In this document: positions 54,907 to 64,000 of the stretch, one piece after another
Numbering within the stretch: the first letter of the stretch is position 1
Layout of the letters: the number at the start of each line of letters is the position of its first letter
NCBI GenBank assembly: GCA_025457915.1
Contig: JALOTL010000018.1
Coordinates: forward strand, 8,791 to 72,790
From: Spirochaetota bacterium
GTDB taxonomy: Bacteria; Spirochaetota; UBA4802; UBA5550
Length of the DNA stretch: 64,000 nt
Direction: 5' to 3'
Position numbers and translations under genes: made by a program
The notes under the pieces: model-generated
The model's input: only the letters and a program-made list of their open reading frames with translations
Databases searched by the model: none
What the model was told of the DNA's origin: nothing

Positions 54907-57900
54907 TTAAAGCTGCTTCATTTCACCCAGGGAAACAAGCGCCTCGTGCAGCTCCTTCTGGTGCCGCTTGCTTTCGAAGCGGCTCATCAGGCTGTAGGCG
55001 CATGGCACTACCAGCAGGGTTAGCATCGTGGAAAGAAGCACCCCTCCTATAACGACAATGGCCATGGGCCTGGTGGTTTCCGATCCCGGTCCGAGCGACA
55101 TGGCCGGCGGAACCGCGGCCGCGATGGTCGCCAGCGAAGTCATGATGATCGGCCTCAGCCTTATCGGGCAGGCCTCCAGCAGGGCCTCGCGGACCCCCAT
55201 TCCCTGCACCCTTCTCGCGTTGGTGAAATCCACGAGCAGGATCGAGTTCTTTTTCACGATGCCCATGAGCAGGAGCAGCCCTATCATGCTGTAGATGTTG
55301 AGGGAGATCCCGGTGAAGAGCATCGCGAGAAAGGCCCCGGTTACGCTGAAGGGCAGGGCGAGCAGGACTATGACCGGGTGTATGAAGCTGTTGAACTGGG
55401 AGCCCAGGATCATGTAGGCGACGAATATCCCCAGCACCAGGGCGAGCGCCAGGCTTTCGAACGACTCCCTGTAGGTCTTTGAGCTTCCGGAAAATTCTAT
55501 GTGGTATCCCTGCGGCAGCATCTCCTTCCCGGATTTCTGGATCAGCTCCATGATGTCGGACTGCGACTTGCCCGGGGCTATGTTGGCGAAGATGTTGATG
55601 GCCCTCTCCCTGTTGTACCTGGTTATCGTCAGGAGCGTGGGATTTTCATTGATCCTTACAAGGCTTGAAAGGCTTACCATTTCACCGTGCGTGTTCCTTA
55701 CCTTTATCCTGCTGATGTCCTCCGGCTGGCGGTTGTATTTATCCAGGAGCTTCACGCGGATGTCGTTCCTGTGGCCGGAGGAATCCGTGTATTTCCCGAC
55801 GGCGAGACTTCCCACCGAGGCGCTGATCGTGTTCGCAATGTTTGTCACCGTCACGCCCCTGGATGTGGACTTCGCCCTGTCCGGGGTTATCTTTATCTCC
55901 GGGACGCCCATCTTGTAGTCCGTGTCTATGTCCGTGACCAGTCCGGAGCGGTTTATCCTGTCCATTATTTTCATTCCGTATTCCGACAGCTTTTCCCAGT
56001 CGGGCCCCTGTACCGAGAACTGTATCGGGTAGCCCCTCTGCGCGGAAAAGCCCGCCAGGGAGAGGTCGACCATGGACACGCGGTATATGCCGGGAATCTT
56101 TGAAATTTTTCCGCGCATGAACGCCATGAATTCCTGCTGTGTCGGCCGCTTTTTAAACGGCGCCGTCCCGGGCCTTTTTTTATAATCCTTGAGCGTGATG
56201 CTGAACAGGCCCTGGTTGACAAGGCCGCCCTGGAATCCGCCGACGGCGCAGAAGTACCCGTCCACCTCCGGCCTGGTTTTCAGAAATTCCTCCACCTTTT
56301 TGAACACGGAGTCTGTGAAATCTATGGACGACCCGAGGGGTGTCTGGATGTTCACCATGAACCTGCTCTGGTCCTGCGGCGGGACGAATTCCTTCCTGAG
56401 GCCGGGGAGGATCATGAGCGAGAGGGTGAATACCGCGGCCGCGGCCCCGATCACCTTCCACCTTCTGTCGAGGCACCATACGAGGATTTTCCTGTAGGCG
56501 CCTGATAGCCTGTCCGTGAATTTTTCCATGAAGGCCCCGATGCGCGTTTCCCTGCCGGTGGTCAGTATCTGGGAGCACCTCATGGGCGCGAGGGTGAGGG
56601 CCTCCATCAGCGAGAGGAGGACCGCGATGCTCATGGTGACCCCGAACTGGAAGAAGAATTTTCCGATTATTCCCTTCATGAATATGACCGGGATGAAAAT
56701 CGCCAGGATCGCGAGCGAAGCGGCGGCCGCCGCGGAAGTGATTTCCCTGGCGCCCACTATGGCGGCCTTGACCCTCGGCATGCCGGCCTCGTAATGGCGC
56801 ACGATGTTCTCGAGGACCATTATGGCGTCGTCGACGACTATGCCTATTGAAAGCGAAAGGCCCAGGAGCGTGAATGTGTTGAGCGTGAATCCGAAAAAAT
56901 AAAGCGCAATGAACGCCCCCACGAGCGAGGTCGGGATGGCGAGTATCACGTTGAAGGCCGAGCTGAAGGAACCGAGGAAGAGCCAGCACACCAGCGAGGT
57001 TAGGAGCACCGACATGACCAGGGTGAACAGCAGCTCGTTGGTCGAGTCCTCTATGAACTGGGTCGTGTCGTACATGACCTTGATTTCCATGTTCTTCGGG
57101 ACCATCTGCTTGATGCTGGCGATCCTTTCCTTGATCGCCCTCCCGACAGCGACGGCGTTGGAGCCCCTCTGTTTTATTATCCCCAGTCCGACGGCGGTCT
57201 TTCCGTTGTACCTTGATATGCGCCTGATGTCGGCAAGGCCCTCCTCGACCCTTGATATCTCGCTCAGCTTTAACGGTATCCAGATGGGCTCGCCCTTCCT
57301 GCTCGATATTATAATGCTTTCAAAGTCCTTCTTGTTGCGCGCCTCGCTCATGACCCTGACGTTGAATTCCTTTGGACCGTTGCTCATGTATCCGGAGGGC
57401 GCGAGGGTGTGCTGGCTCGTGACGGCGGATATTACGTCGTCGACGGAGATTTCCCTCCGGTTCATCTCGTCGGTATTGAGCCATATCCTCATGTTGGGGT
57501 CTATGTATCCGCCCAGCCGTATGTCGCCGACACCTTCCACGGTCGTGAGCTGGTCCTTGAGGTGGTCGCGGACGAAAACTATCATGTCCCTGAGGTCTCC
57601 CGTCCCGCTGAGGCCGACGAACATTATCGGCTGGTCTTCCGGGTTGGACTTCGTGACGATGGGCGGGTCGATGTCGTTTGGAAGGTTCCTCTGCGCCTGT
57701 ATTATCTTGGACTGGACCTCCTGCAGGGCGGAGTTGATGTCCCTTGTGAGCTCGAACTCGATCGTTATGTTGGCGATGCCTTCCTGCGACACGGAGCTCA
57801 CGCTCCTGATTCCCTCGATGCTCATTACCGAGTCCTCGAGCACGTCCGCGACCGCGAGCTCCATGGTTTCAGGCGCAGCCCCGGGCCAGTTTACCCTTAC

Positions 57901-58038
57901 GGTGAGAACGGGGAAGTCCACGTCCGGGAGCTGGCTGATACCCATCCTGCCGAAGCCGATCGCGCCGAACACGATGAGTCCGGTCATCAGCATCCACGCG
58001 AAAACGGTGTTTTTTATCGATATGTCGGACAGTGTCAT
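54907..58038 (-). CDS. RND efflux transporter permease (AcrB/HAE family)
   Basis: 1043 aa with typical 12-TM RND architecture and N-terminal MTLSDISIKNTVFAWMLM.. Confidence 0.9.
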   Translation of the reverse strand: MTLSDISIKNTVFAWMLMTGLIVFGAIGFGRMGISQLPDVDFPVLTVRVNWPGAAPETMELAVADVLEDSVMSIEGIRSVSSVSQEGIANITIEFELTRDINSALQEVQSKIIQAQRNLPNDIDPPIVTKSNPEDQPIMFVGLSGTGDLRDMIVFVRDHLKDQLTTVEGVGDIRLGGYIDPNMRIWLNTDEMNRREISVDDVISAVTSQHTLAPSGYMSNGPKEFNVRVMSEARNKKDFESIIISSRKGEPIWIPLKLSEISRVEEGLADIRRISRYNGKTAVGLGIIKQRGSNAVAVGRAIKERIASIKQMVPKNMEIKVMYDTTQFIEDSTNELLFTLVMSVLLTSLVCWLFLGSFSSAFNVILAIPTSLVGAFIALYFFGFTLNTFTLLGLSLSIGIVVDDAIMVLENIVRHYEAGMPRVKAAIVGAREITSAAAAASLAILAIFIPVIFMKGIIGKFFFQFGVTMSIAVLLSLMEALTLAPMRCSQILTTGRETRIGAFMEKFTDRLSGAYRKILVWCLDRRWKVIGAAAAVFTLSLMILPGLRKEFVPPQDQSRFMVNIQTPLGSSIDFTDSVFKKVEEFLKTRPEVDGYFCAVGGFQGGLVNQGLFSITLKDYKKRPGTAPFKKRPTQQEFMAFMRGKISKIPGIYRVSMVDLSLAGFSAQRGYPIQFSVQGPDWEKLSEYGMKIMDRINRSGLVTDIDTDYKMGVPEIKITPDRAKSTSRGVTVTNIANTISASVGSLAVGKYTDSSGHRNDIRVKLLDKYNRQPEDISRIKVRNTHGEMVSLSSLVRINENPTLLTITRYNRERAINIFANIAPGKSQSDIMELIQKSGKEMLPQGYHIEFSGSSKTYRESFESLALALVLGIFVAYMILGSQFNSFIHPVIVLLALPFSVTGAFLAMLFTGISLNIYSMIGLLLLMGIVKKNSILLVDFTNARRVQGMGVREALLEACPIRLRPIIMTSLATIAAAVPPAMSLGPGSETTRPMAIVVIGGVLLSTMLTLLVVPCAYSLMSRFESKRHQKELHEALVSLGEMKQL

Positions 58039-58160
58039 GGATCGGCCGCCAGGGTTCCTTTCCGGTTGAAGATTTCGCTGAAAACGGGAATACTTTACAC
58101 GCCGATGCCGATTTTTGTAAACATACTTTTTTCAGAAATTCCCGGTCCCGGAAAAAAATA

Positions 58161-58189
58161 TTGACTCCGGTGCCGCCGGTGCGTATTTA
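58161..58189 (+). promoter_or_regulatory. sigma70-like promoter
   Basis: TTGACT - 17 nt - TATTTA, ending 9 nt before the ATG at 58199. This implies a near-leaderless mRNA or a later start codon. Confidence 0.3.
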
Positions 58190-58198
58190 TAGTGACTT

Positions 58199-59638
58199 AT
58201 GAAATTCAACCGTCTCCAGAAGGTTCTTTCGCGCCTTATTACAGCAATGATGATCGCATCGTCTGCAACCGTGATCGCGTCGGCTGACGGCGGACCCGGC
58301 CTTCTCGTCATGAAGGCGAGCGGCATCTCCGACGGGGACTTCACCAGGATCGCGGGTAAAAAAAGGCTCTCCCTTTTCGACTGCTACGCGCTTGCCGTCT
58401 ACAATACCGAGACCATGAAGATACAGGAAGAGCATTCAGTGCAGGCCGAGGCGAGGAGGGACCAGGCCATCGGCGCTTTCCTGCCGAAGGTGTCGCTCAA
58501 GGCGCTTAAACCCTGGCCCGGCTACAGCAACAACTACGTGACCCCCTCGCAGAGAAGCAATGTCAGCCTCAATGCCAGGCAGAACCTTTTTACGGGCCTG
58601 AGCGAGATCTACCAGTACAGCGCGGCCGCAAAGGACCTCCGGGCGAAAAAATACCAGGCGTTCTACGGGGCCGGCAGGCTCCTGCTCGAGGTGGCTGCGG
58701 CCTATTGCGGCGTGCTCCAGAACGAGAAGAAGCTCCAGACCGGCCGCGACATCCTCGATCTTTACAGAAAAATGCTGAATGAACTGAGACGGAGGGCCTC
58801 GATAGGAAGAAGCAGGCAGAGCGAGATACTGAGGACCAATTCCCAGATCTACGTCCTCGAGGCGCAGATCAAGTTCCAGGAGAACGCGCTTGCCAGCGCG
58901 AGGCTGTCGCTTGCCACGGTGGCCGGCATGTCCCGTGATGCGCCGCTTTACGATATACAGTTCCTCCGCGACCCCGCATACGACGCTGGAAAGCTGGACG
59001 AGAAGCTCGCGGACAGATGGGACATCAAATCCGCAAGGGAGCAGGTCGAATACGCCGACTCGAACCTGAAAAGCGCATGGAGCGGGCACCTCCCCTCGGC
59101 GTACGTTGAGGGGACCTATTACCTGTATCAGGAAAAATTTCCCATCCCCATTTACAAGGTCGATCCGACATCCGGAAGGATTTCCGTCAATACGACCCCG
59201 ACCAAGGTGCGCAATTACTCCGTGAACCTTGGCGTGGAGCTCCCGCTGTTTTCGGGCTGGTCCGCGACGAACAGGATCAGGGAGGCCGAATCCGTCAGGA
59301 GGGAGGCGGCGCTGAATTATTCGAAGACCGTCAGGCTCGCGAGGCAGGAAATACTCGACTCATACAGGACCTGGGAAAGCTCCGGGATCGAGACCCGGAC
59401 GCTGAAGAAGGCGCTCGAGTCCGCCGAGCAGAACTACAGGGTCGTGACAGAGGAATACGGCAGGAGCCTGGTCACGATTCTGGACGTGCTCACGTCCCTC
59501 ACGACTCTGCAGAACGCCAGGGACCAGTACGAGAGCGCGGTCATACGCCACGGACTCGACAGGATAAAGCTCGGCGTTGCGGTAAACGAATTTACCGGAC
59601 CGGGAGCAAGGGCGCTGAACAATTCGGATAAGCGATGA
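58199..59638 (+). CDS. TolC-family outer-membrane efflux protein
   Basis: 479 aa with two OEP-like repeats of coiled-coil plus beta segments. Confidence 0.8.
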   Translation: MKFNRLQKVLSRLITAMMIASSATVIASADGGPGLLVMKASGISDGDFTRIAGKKRLSLFDCYALAVYNTETMKIQEEHSVQAEARRDQAIGAFLPKVSLKALKPWPGYSNNYVTPSQRSNVSLNARQNLFTGLSEIYQYSAAAKDLRAKKYQAFYGAGRLLLEVAAAYCGVLQNEKKLQTGRDILDLYRKMLNELRRRASIGRSRQSEILRTNSQIYVLEAQIKFQENALASARLSLATVAGMSRDAPLYDIQFLRDPAYDAGKLDEKLADRWDIKSAREQVEYADSNLKSAWSGHLPSAYVEGTYYLYQEKFPIPIYKVDPTSGRISVNTTPTKVRNYSVNLGVELPLFSGWSATNRIREAESVRREAALNYSKTVRLARQEILDSYRTWESSGIETRTLKKALESAEQNYRVVTEEYGRSLVTILDVLTSLTTLQNARDQYESAVIRHGLDRIKLGVAVNEFTGPGARALNNSDKR

Positions 59639-59775
59639 TCGCCCGGCGCGGCACGAGCCGTAGTCGGCCGATTTTTTCCTTTTCCATCCGCTCTGTATAA
59701 AACCATTAAAAAAACTTTACAATTTCCTTCGTATATGTTTTAATTCTTATATCAAAGAATTAAACCGGGGGAAAC

Positions 59776-60795
59776 ATGACCAGGATCGCAGCTATCATAC
59801 TCGCCGTTACTGCCGTAATTTTTTCGGTTCCTTCGCAAGCCTCTGATTCAGTCGACGTCAGCCTCGGAGGCATAGTCTGGTATAACTGGTGGAAGCCTGC
59901 ATGGAGCGACGGAAAATCGTTTTTCAATATTATTAATCCCAGCAGCATTACCTATAGAATGGACGATATCAGCGATTTCAGGACTTCATCAAGCTTTCTC
60001 GCCGGCCCGGGGATTTCGGTATGCCTGTTCAATAAATTCGATGTCTCTTCGATTTTTGTCATTGGTAAGTATGATTACCGCATGAGCGGACTGGTAAGGG
60101 CCGTTCACTTCAAAATCCCGGACATGGTTCTCAACGGTACATTGACTGATTACAATATTTACTTTAGGAAGGTGCTGAAGTGGGACAGCGATACCACGTT
60201 TGCTTACCTGCTGACGAAGAATTTCAAGGTATTCACAGGTTTCAAACACCAGGGTTATAACTATAACGAGATTTTTTATAACTCTGATTTACTAGAGGCC
60301 GCGCAGGGCAATTTCGGATACCTCGGGAGGAGCCTTGTAAACCGCATGAGGGGCTACGGGACCGGCCTGGGAGTCGGGTTCAATTTTCCCCTGGCCGAGG
60401 GATTTTATTTCATACTCAATTTTTCCGGGATTGTGCTCTGGTGCACCGAGGACATAGGCCTCAAGTATTCATACAGGGTGTCGCCGGGACCGGTTATTAG
60501 ACCGTTTATGGTTTATTTCAAAGAAGGTAAATTCACCTCGTACGGGACCAATACCTCAGCGTCGTTTTCGTATTATTTGGACTCCCTTGGCACGAGCGTC
60601 GCGCTCGGATTCAGGCACCAGGCGCTTTACAACAAACAGAAATTCAATAACAATATCTATAAAAACTGCGTGGCCATGAACATGGTCGACGGGAGGTTCG
60701 ACCATTTTTACGGCATCACCATGTCCGTGACCTATACCTTCAGCATATACAGCAGGTCCGGTTCTTCCGGTGCGGGCGGCGGAGGCGGAAGATGA
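59776..60795 (+). CDS. outer-membrane beta-barrel protein
   Basis: Signal MTRIAAIILAVTAVIFSVPSQA, amphipathic strands, Gly-rich tail. Confidence 0.6.
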   Translation: MTRIAAIILAVTAVIFSVPSQASDSVDVSLGGIVWYNWWKPAWSDGKSFFNIINPSSITYRMDDISDFRTSSSFLAGPGISVCLFNKFDVSSIFVIGKYDYRMSGLVRAVHFKIPDMVLNGTLTDYNIYFRKVLKWDSDTTFAYLLTKNFKVFTGFKHQGYNYNEIFYNSDLLEAAQGNFGYLGRSLVNRMRGYGTGLGVGFNFPLAEGFYFILNFSGIVLWCTEDIGLKYSYRVSPGPVIRPFMVYFKEGKFTSYGTNTSASFSYYLDSLGTSVALGFRHQALYNKQKFNNNIYKNCVAMNMVDGRFDHFYGITMSVTYTFSIYSRSGSSGAGGGGGR

Positions 60796-61541
60796 ACCGG
60801 TTCGTGACCGTGTTTCAGGTTTTGATCATGGCCATGCTGATTGCGTGCGCTTCAGACGGCAATGCCGGACCGGAAGCCGGACTGCCGTCGTGCGAAACGA
60901 CCGCGGACGTGAAGGCGAACCACGGTAAAAGGGTCGTGGTGCGCGGGGTATACCTGCAGGACGCGCTTCCGGGCGGGAAAAGGCTCCAGGCGGCGACCAT
61001 ACTTCTCGGGGACGGCTCCAGTCTCATAAGGTCCTACAGGCCGGTACCGGCGGAGTTCAGATTCATTAACAGGAAAGTAGTTGCCTCCGGGAAGGTGTTT
61101 ACCGACGCCGGCCTGTCCCGCGATTGCCAGCAGGTAATGGCCCCGCATTTCTACCCGGACGAGATCAGGCTCGCGCCCGGCGAATCTCCCTATGAAGGAA
61201 AACCGGGCGTTATGCCGCCGCTTCCGTTTGTGACCGACAGGAAGAGCGCCGGGGCGAATGCAGGGAAATGGGTGCATGTCTTCGGGGTGCTCGAATCGCT
61301 TGAAAAGCTGAATGAGGGCCCTGTCGGGGGAAGGGCGGTGGTCCTTCTCGCGGACGGCACGAAGGTCGCAGCCGGGCGCGTGAACTACAATTCCTGCGCG
61401 GGTCTCACGGGTAAAAGCGTCACCATGACCGCGGTTATTTATGAAAATGACGGCAGAAACGGTTTCGAGATATCCTTTCCCAACGCGGTATGCGGCGGTA
61501 AAAAACCCTATTGCGGAATGTCCGGCGGGAAGGACCGTTAA
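60792..61541 (+). CDS. hypothetical lipoprotein with internal duplication
   Basis: ATGA overlap with the barrel gene and lipobox MLIACAS. Two related halves: GKRVVVRGVY..ATILLGDGS and GKWVHVFGVL..AVVLLADGT. Confidence 0.6.
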   Translation: MNRFVTVFQVLIMAMLIACASDGNAGPEAGLPSCETTADVKANHGKRVVVRGVYLQDALPGGKRLQAATILLGDGSSLIRSYRPVPAEFRFINRKVVASGKVFTDAGLSRDCQQVMAPHFYPDEIRLAPGESPYEGKPGVMPPLPFVTDRKSAGANAGKWVHVFGVLESLEKLNEGPVGGRAVVLLADGTKVAAGRVNYNSCAGLTGKSVTMTAVIYENDGRNGFEISFPNAVCGGKKPYCGMSGGKDR

Positions 61542-61693
61542 TAATCATTATTCATACCGTCAATCCCTGCGGTTCCGCCGGAGCGATTTTTTTTCATATC
61601 TTTCATTAGTTGTTGATGATCGTGCTGGTTATTGTTATTTTATAAAAGACTGAATCCGTATCCCTGTTTTCAATATCATCCGAAAGAGGTCCC

Positions 61694-63124
61694 ATGGAAA
61701 AAAGAATGAAAAAAGCGCTCTTCATTTCCATTCCGGCCGTCGCGGCCCTTGTCCTTGCTGCCGTCATTATTAAAACCGTCGCCGCCCCTGTTTCTCCGTG
61801 GGACGGCATAAAAAAGAAAAGGACCCATTTCGACCACTCGCAGTTTTATTCTGAAAAATTTAAAAGACCACAGGACGTCACCCTGTCCTGCCTCAAATGC
61901 CACGAAAGCGCCGCGAAGGAACTGATGAAGACCGCCCACTGGAAATGGGAAAGGCCCGGGGTGTCGGTTCCGGGCCACATAGGGTTCATGAGCATAGGAA
62001 AGAAGAACCTTCCCAACAACTTCTGCCTGGGGGTGAAGGGCAACGAGAAGTCCTGCAACAGCTGTCATGCCGGGTACGGGTGGAAGGACGACACCTTCGA
62101 TTTCAGCAACCCGGAGAACGTGGACTGCCTGATCTGCCATGACTGGTCCGGCGGCTATTCCAAGGGGGCATACGGACTGCCAGGTCCCGAGGTCGACCTG
62201 GCGGCCGCCGCGAAGAGCGTCGGTTATCCGAAGCGGGAAAACTGCGGCGTCTGCCACAACTACGGGGGTGGAGGCATGGGCGTGAAGCACGGCGACCTGG
62301 ACCAGAGCCTGATACGCGCCTACGAGGACGTTGACGTGCACATGGGCAGGCACGGCCTTCTCTGCATAGACTGCCACAGGACCGAGAAACACGTCATCAG
62401 GGGAACGTCCTTTTCCGTGAGCGTGGACCACAGGAACGGGATAGACTGCATAGACTGCCACGCCGGGATGAAGCACGCGGACGAGAGGATCAACGCGCAC
62501 ATGGATTCGGTTTCATGCCAGGCCTGCCATATACCGGCCTTTTCAAGGCGCGCGCCGACCAAGACCTTCTGGGACTGGTCGAAGGCCGGGGACGCGTCCA
62601 GGAAGGACGACCCGCACAGGTACCTGAAGATAAAGGGCGAGTTCGTCTACGAGGAGAACATGGTGCCTGAATATTACTGGTTCAACCTCGAGGTTGACAG
62701 GTATCTCTGGAACGACAGGATGGACCCGGACAGGGTCACCCATATCAATCCCCCGAGGGGGGACATATATGATACGAAGGCGAAGATATGGCCGTACAAG
62801 GTCCACAGGGCGCTTCAGCCTTACGACAGGGTGTACAGGCACCTGCTGCAGCCCGTGACAGCTGGCGAGGGGGGATACTGGAGCGAATTCAACTGGGACA
62901 AGGCCTTCAGGCTGTCCGAGGGCCTTACCGGGATAAAATACAGCGGGCAGTACGGATTCGCGAAGACGGACATGCACTGGCCTGTTTCCCACATGGTCTC
63001 TCCCAGGGAGAAGTCCCTGAGGTGCGGCGACTGCCACGGGGACGCGGCCAGGATGGACTGGAAGGCCCTCGGGTACCCGGACGACCCGATGGATTCTGGC
63101 GGCAGAAAATCGTTCAGGAAATGA
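61694..63124 (+). CDS. octahaem c-type cytochrome (tetrathionate-reductase Otr-like family)
   Basis: Signal anchor plus eight CxxCH motifs (CLKCH, CNSCH, CLICH, CGVCH, CIDCH, CIDCH, CQACH, CGDCH) in 476 aa. Confidence 0.8.
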   Translation: MEKRMKKALFISIPAVAALVLAAVIIKTVAAPVSPWDGIKKKRTHFDHSQFYSEKFKRPQDVTLSCLKCHESAAKELMKTAHWKWERPGVSVPGHIGFMSIGKKNLPNNFCLGVKGNEKSCNSCHAGYGWKDDTFDFSNPENVDCLICHDWSGGYSKGAYGLPGPEVDLAAAAKSVGYPKRENCGVCHNYGGGGMGVKHGDLDQSLIRAYEDVDVHMGRHGLLCIDCHRTEKHVIRGTSFSVSVDHRNGIDCIDCHAGMKHADERINAHMDSVSCQACHIPAFSRRAPTKTFWDWSKAGDASRKDDPHRYLKIKGEFVYEENMVPEYYWFNLEVDRYLWNDRMDPDRVTHINPPRGDIYDTKAKIWPYKVHRALQPYDRVYRHLLQPVTAGEGGYWSEFNWDKAFRLSEGLTGIKYSGQYGFAKTDMHWPVSHMVSPREKSLRCGDCHGDAARMDWKALGYPDDPMDSGGRKSFRK

Positions 63125-63133
63125 GGAGGGGAG

Positions 63134-64000
63134 ATGACTGGCAGGATCCCGGCGTTTTTAATATTTTCCATTTTATTGACAGTCCTGTCGAGGGGCGATT
63201 CCGGCGCTGAGGCAAAGAAACCGGCGCCCCGGGGATGCCCGACGTGCTACGTCATGCACCCGGAATTCCGTCTCCTGGACGCGGACGGCAACAGGGTGAA
63301 CGACGCGGCGAGGGTGTCGCCGGACAGGACCTGCGGATCGTGCCACGACGCCGCTTTCATAAATTCCACGAGCGCGCACGGCAAAAAGGGCGTCAGGGCC
63401 GGATGCATCGAGTGCCACCTCGACGGAGCGAGGATAGAAGCCGGCCCGGGTTCTTTCACGGCGGACGGGATGCTGAAAAAGGGGGCCTTTAAAATCCACG
63501 TTCCCAGGAACCGGAACTGCGCGACGTGCCACGGGATCGTAAACGAGGGGACGGTCCCCGTCGAGGTGCCCGGTGATTTCGCGCTGGCCCTCAAATACGT
63601 CCCTGGAGGAAAGAATTATTCAATCACGCAGAGGACCGGCGAGGTGATATCCTCCCAGGACCTTTCGGAATCGTACCTGAACCTCAAAAACAAGTATTCC
63701 CTGAATTTTCCGTGGGACACCCATTCGCAGAGGGAGGTGTACTGCGTGTCATGCCATTACGCGGCCAACGACCCCAAGAAATGCGGGAGCGGCAGGTCCG
63801 ACCTGGCGTTCCTGGCCAATGACCCTAGAAAAATCAACCCGATCGGCAAGTACCTGTACAGGCCCGACCACGGACTGATGAAGGCCGCGTGTACCGACTG
63901 CCATTCGCCCATGAATGTCCATGACTTTCTTCCATATAAACGCAGGCACTTCGAGGCGCTGAGCTGCCAGTCATGCCACGTGCCCTGGCTTTACGGGCCG
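63134..64000 (+). CDS. multihaem c-type cytochrome, 3'-truncated at window edge
   Basis: Not in the supplied ORF track because no stop is reached. AGGAGGGGAG RBS, signal peptide and six CxxCH motifs (CGSCH, CIECH, CATCH, CVSCH, CTDCH, CQSCH) in 289 codons, with no in-frame stop. Confidence 0.8.
   Translation, partial: MTGRIPAFLIFSILLTVLSRGDSGAEAKKPAPRGCPTCYVMHPEFRLLDADGNRVNDAARVSPDRTCGSCHDAAFINSTSAHGKKGVRAGCIECHLDGARIEAGPGSFTADGMLKKGAFKIHVPRNRNCATCHGIVNEGTVPVEVPGDFALALKYVPGGKNYSITQRTGEVISSQDLSESYLNLKNKYSLNFPWDTHSQREVYCVSCHYAANDPKKCGSGRSDLAFLANDPRKINPIGKYLYRPDHGLMKAACTDCHSPMNVHDFLPYKRRHFEALSCQSCHVPWLYGP

Overview
64-kb chromosomal window from a diderm bacterium. Coding sequence looks GC-rich (roughly 55-65% by eye), separated by unusually long AT-rich spacers. 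Two spirochaete-type FlaB flagellins (N-termini MIINHN / MRINHN) and many lipoprotein and small beta-barrel outer-membrane genes suggest a Leptospirales-like spirochaete; this is inference only. I call about 57 protein-coding genes and one RNase P RNA. I found no tRNA, rRNA or CRISPR array. Housekeeping content: thiH-thiG, rnpB, sppA, a metal ABC importer, glyQ, an acyl-CoA ligase, a PLP decarboxylase, and an RND pump with a TolC-like gene. Unusual content: (i) a cassette-like run of short same-strand genes at 0-5 kb, punctuated by a family of ~135-nt structured repeats. (ii) A frameshifted DUF3160 gene. (iii) A convergent Memo-like + AMMECR1 pair, both with lipoprotein signals and no radical-SAM partner. 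(iv) A flaB-flaB-flaG-glycosyltransferase locus. (v) Three tandem omptin-like barrels, the middle one lacking the catalytic residues, beside a CpxP-like/ECF sigma/anti-sigma module. (vi) A 7TM-LuxR regulator followed by FecR-like, FN3-barrel and two lactonase-type propeller lipoprotein genes. (vii) A 42.5-50.4 kb segment saturated with perfect palindromic REP elements, partly lower-GC (about 44.2-48.7 kb). It holds a RAYT transposase carrying an in-frame REP, ~230-nt REP-bounded modules with built-in terminators, a HepT/MntA pair and an orphan antitoxin. (viii) A barrel / lipoprotein / octahaem cytochrome / multihaem cytochrome cluster running off the 3' edge. All family assignments come from motifs read by eye; no database search was run.
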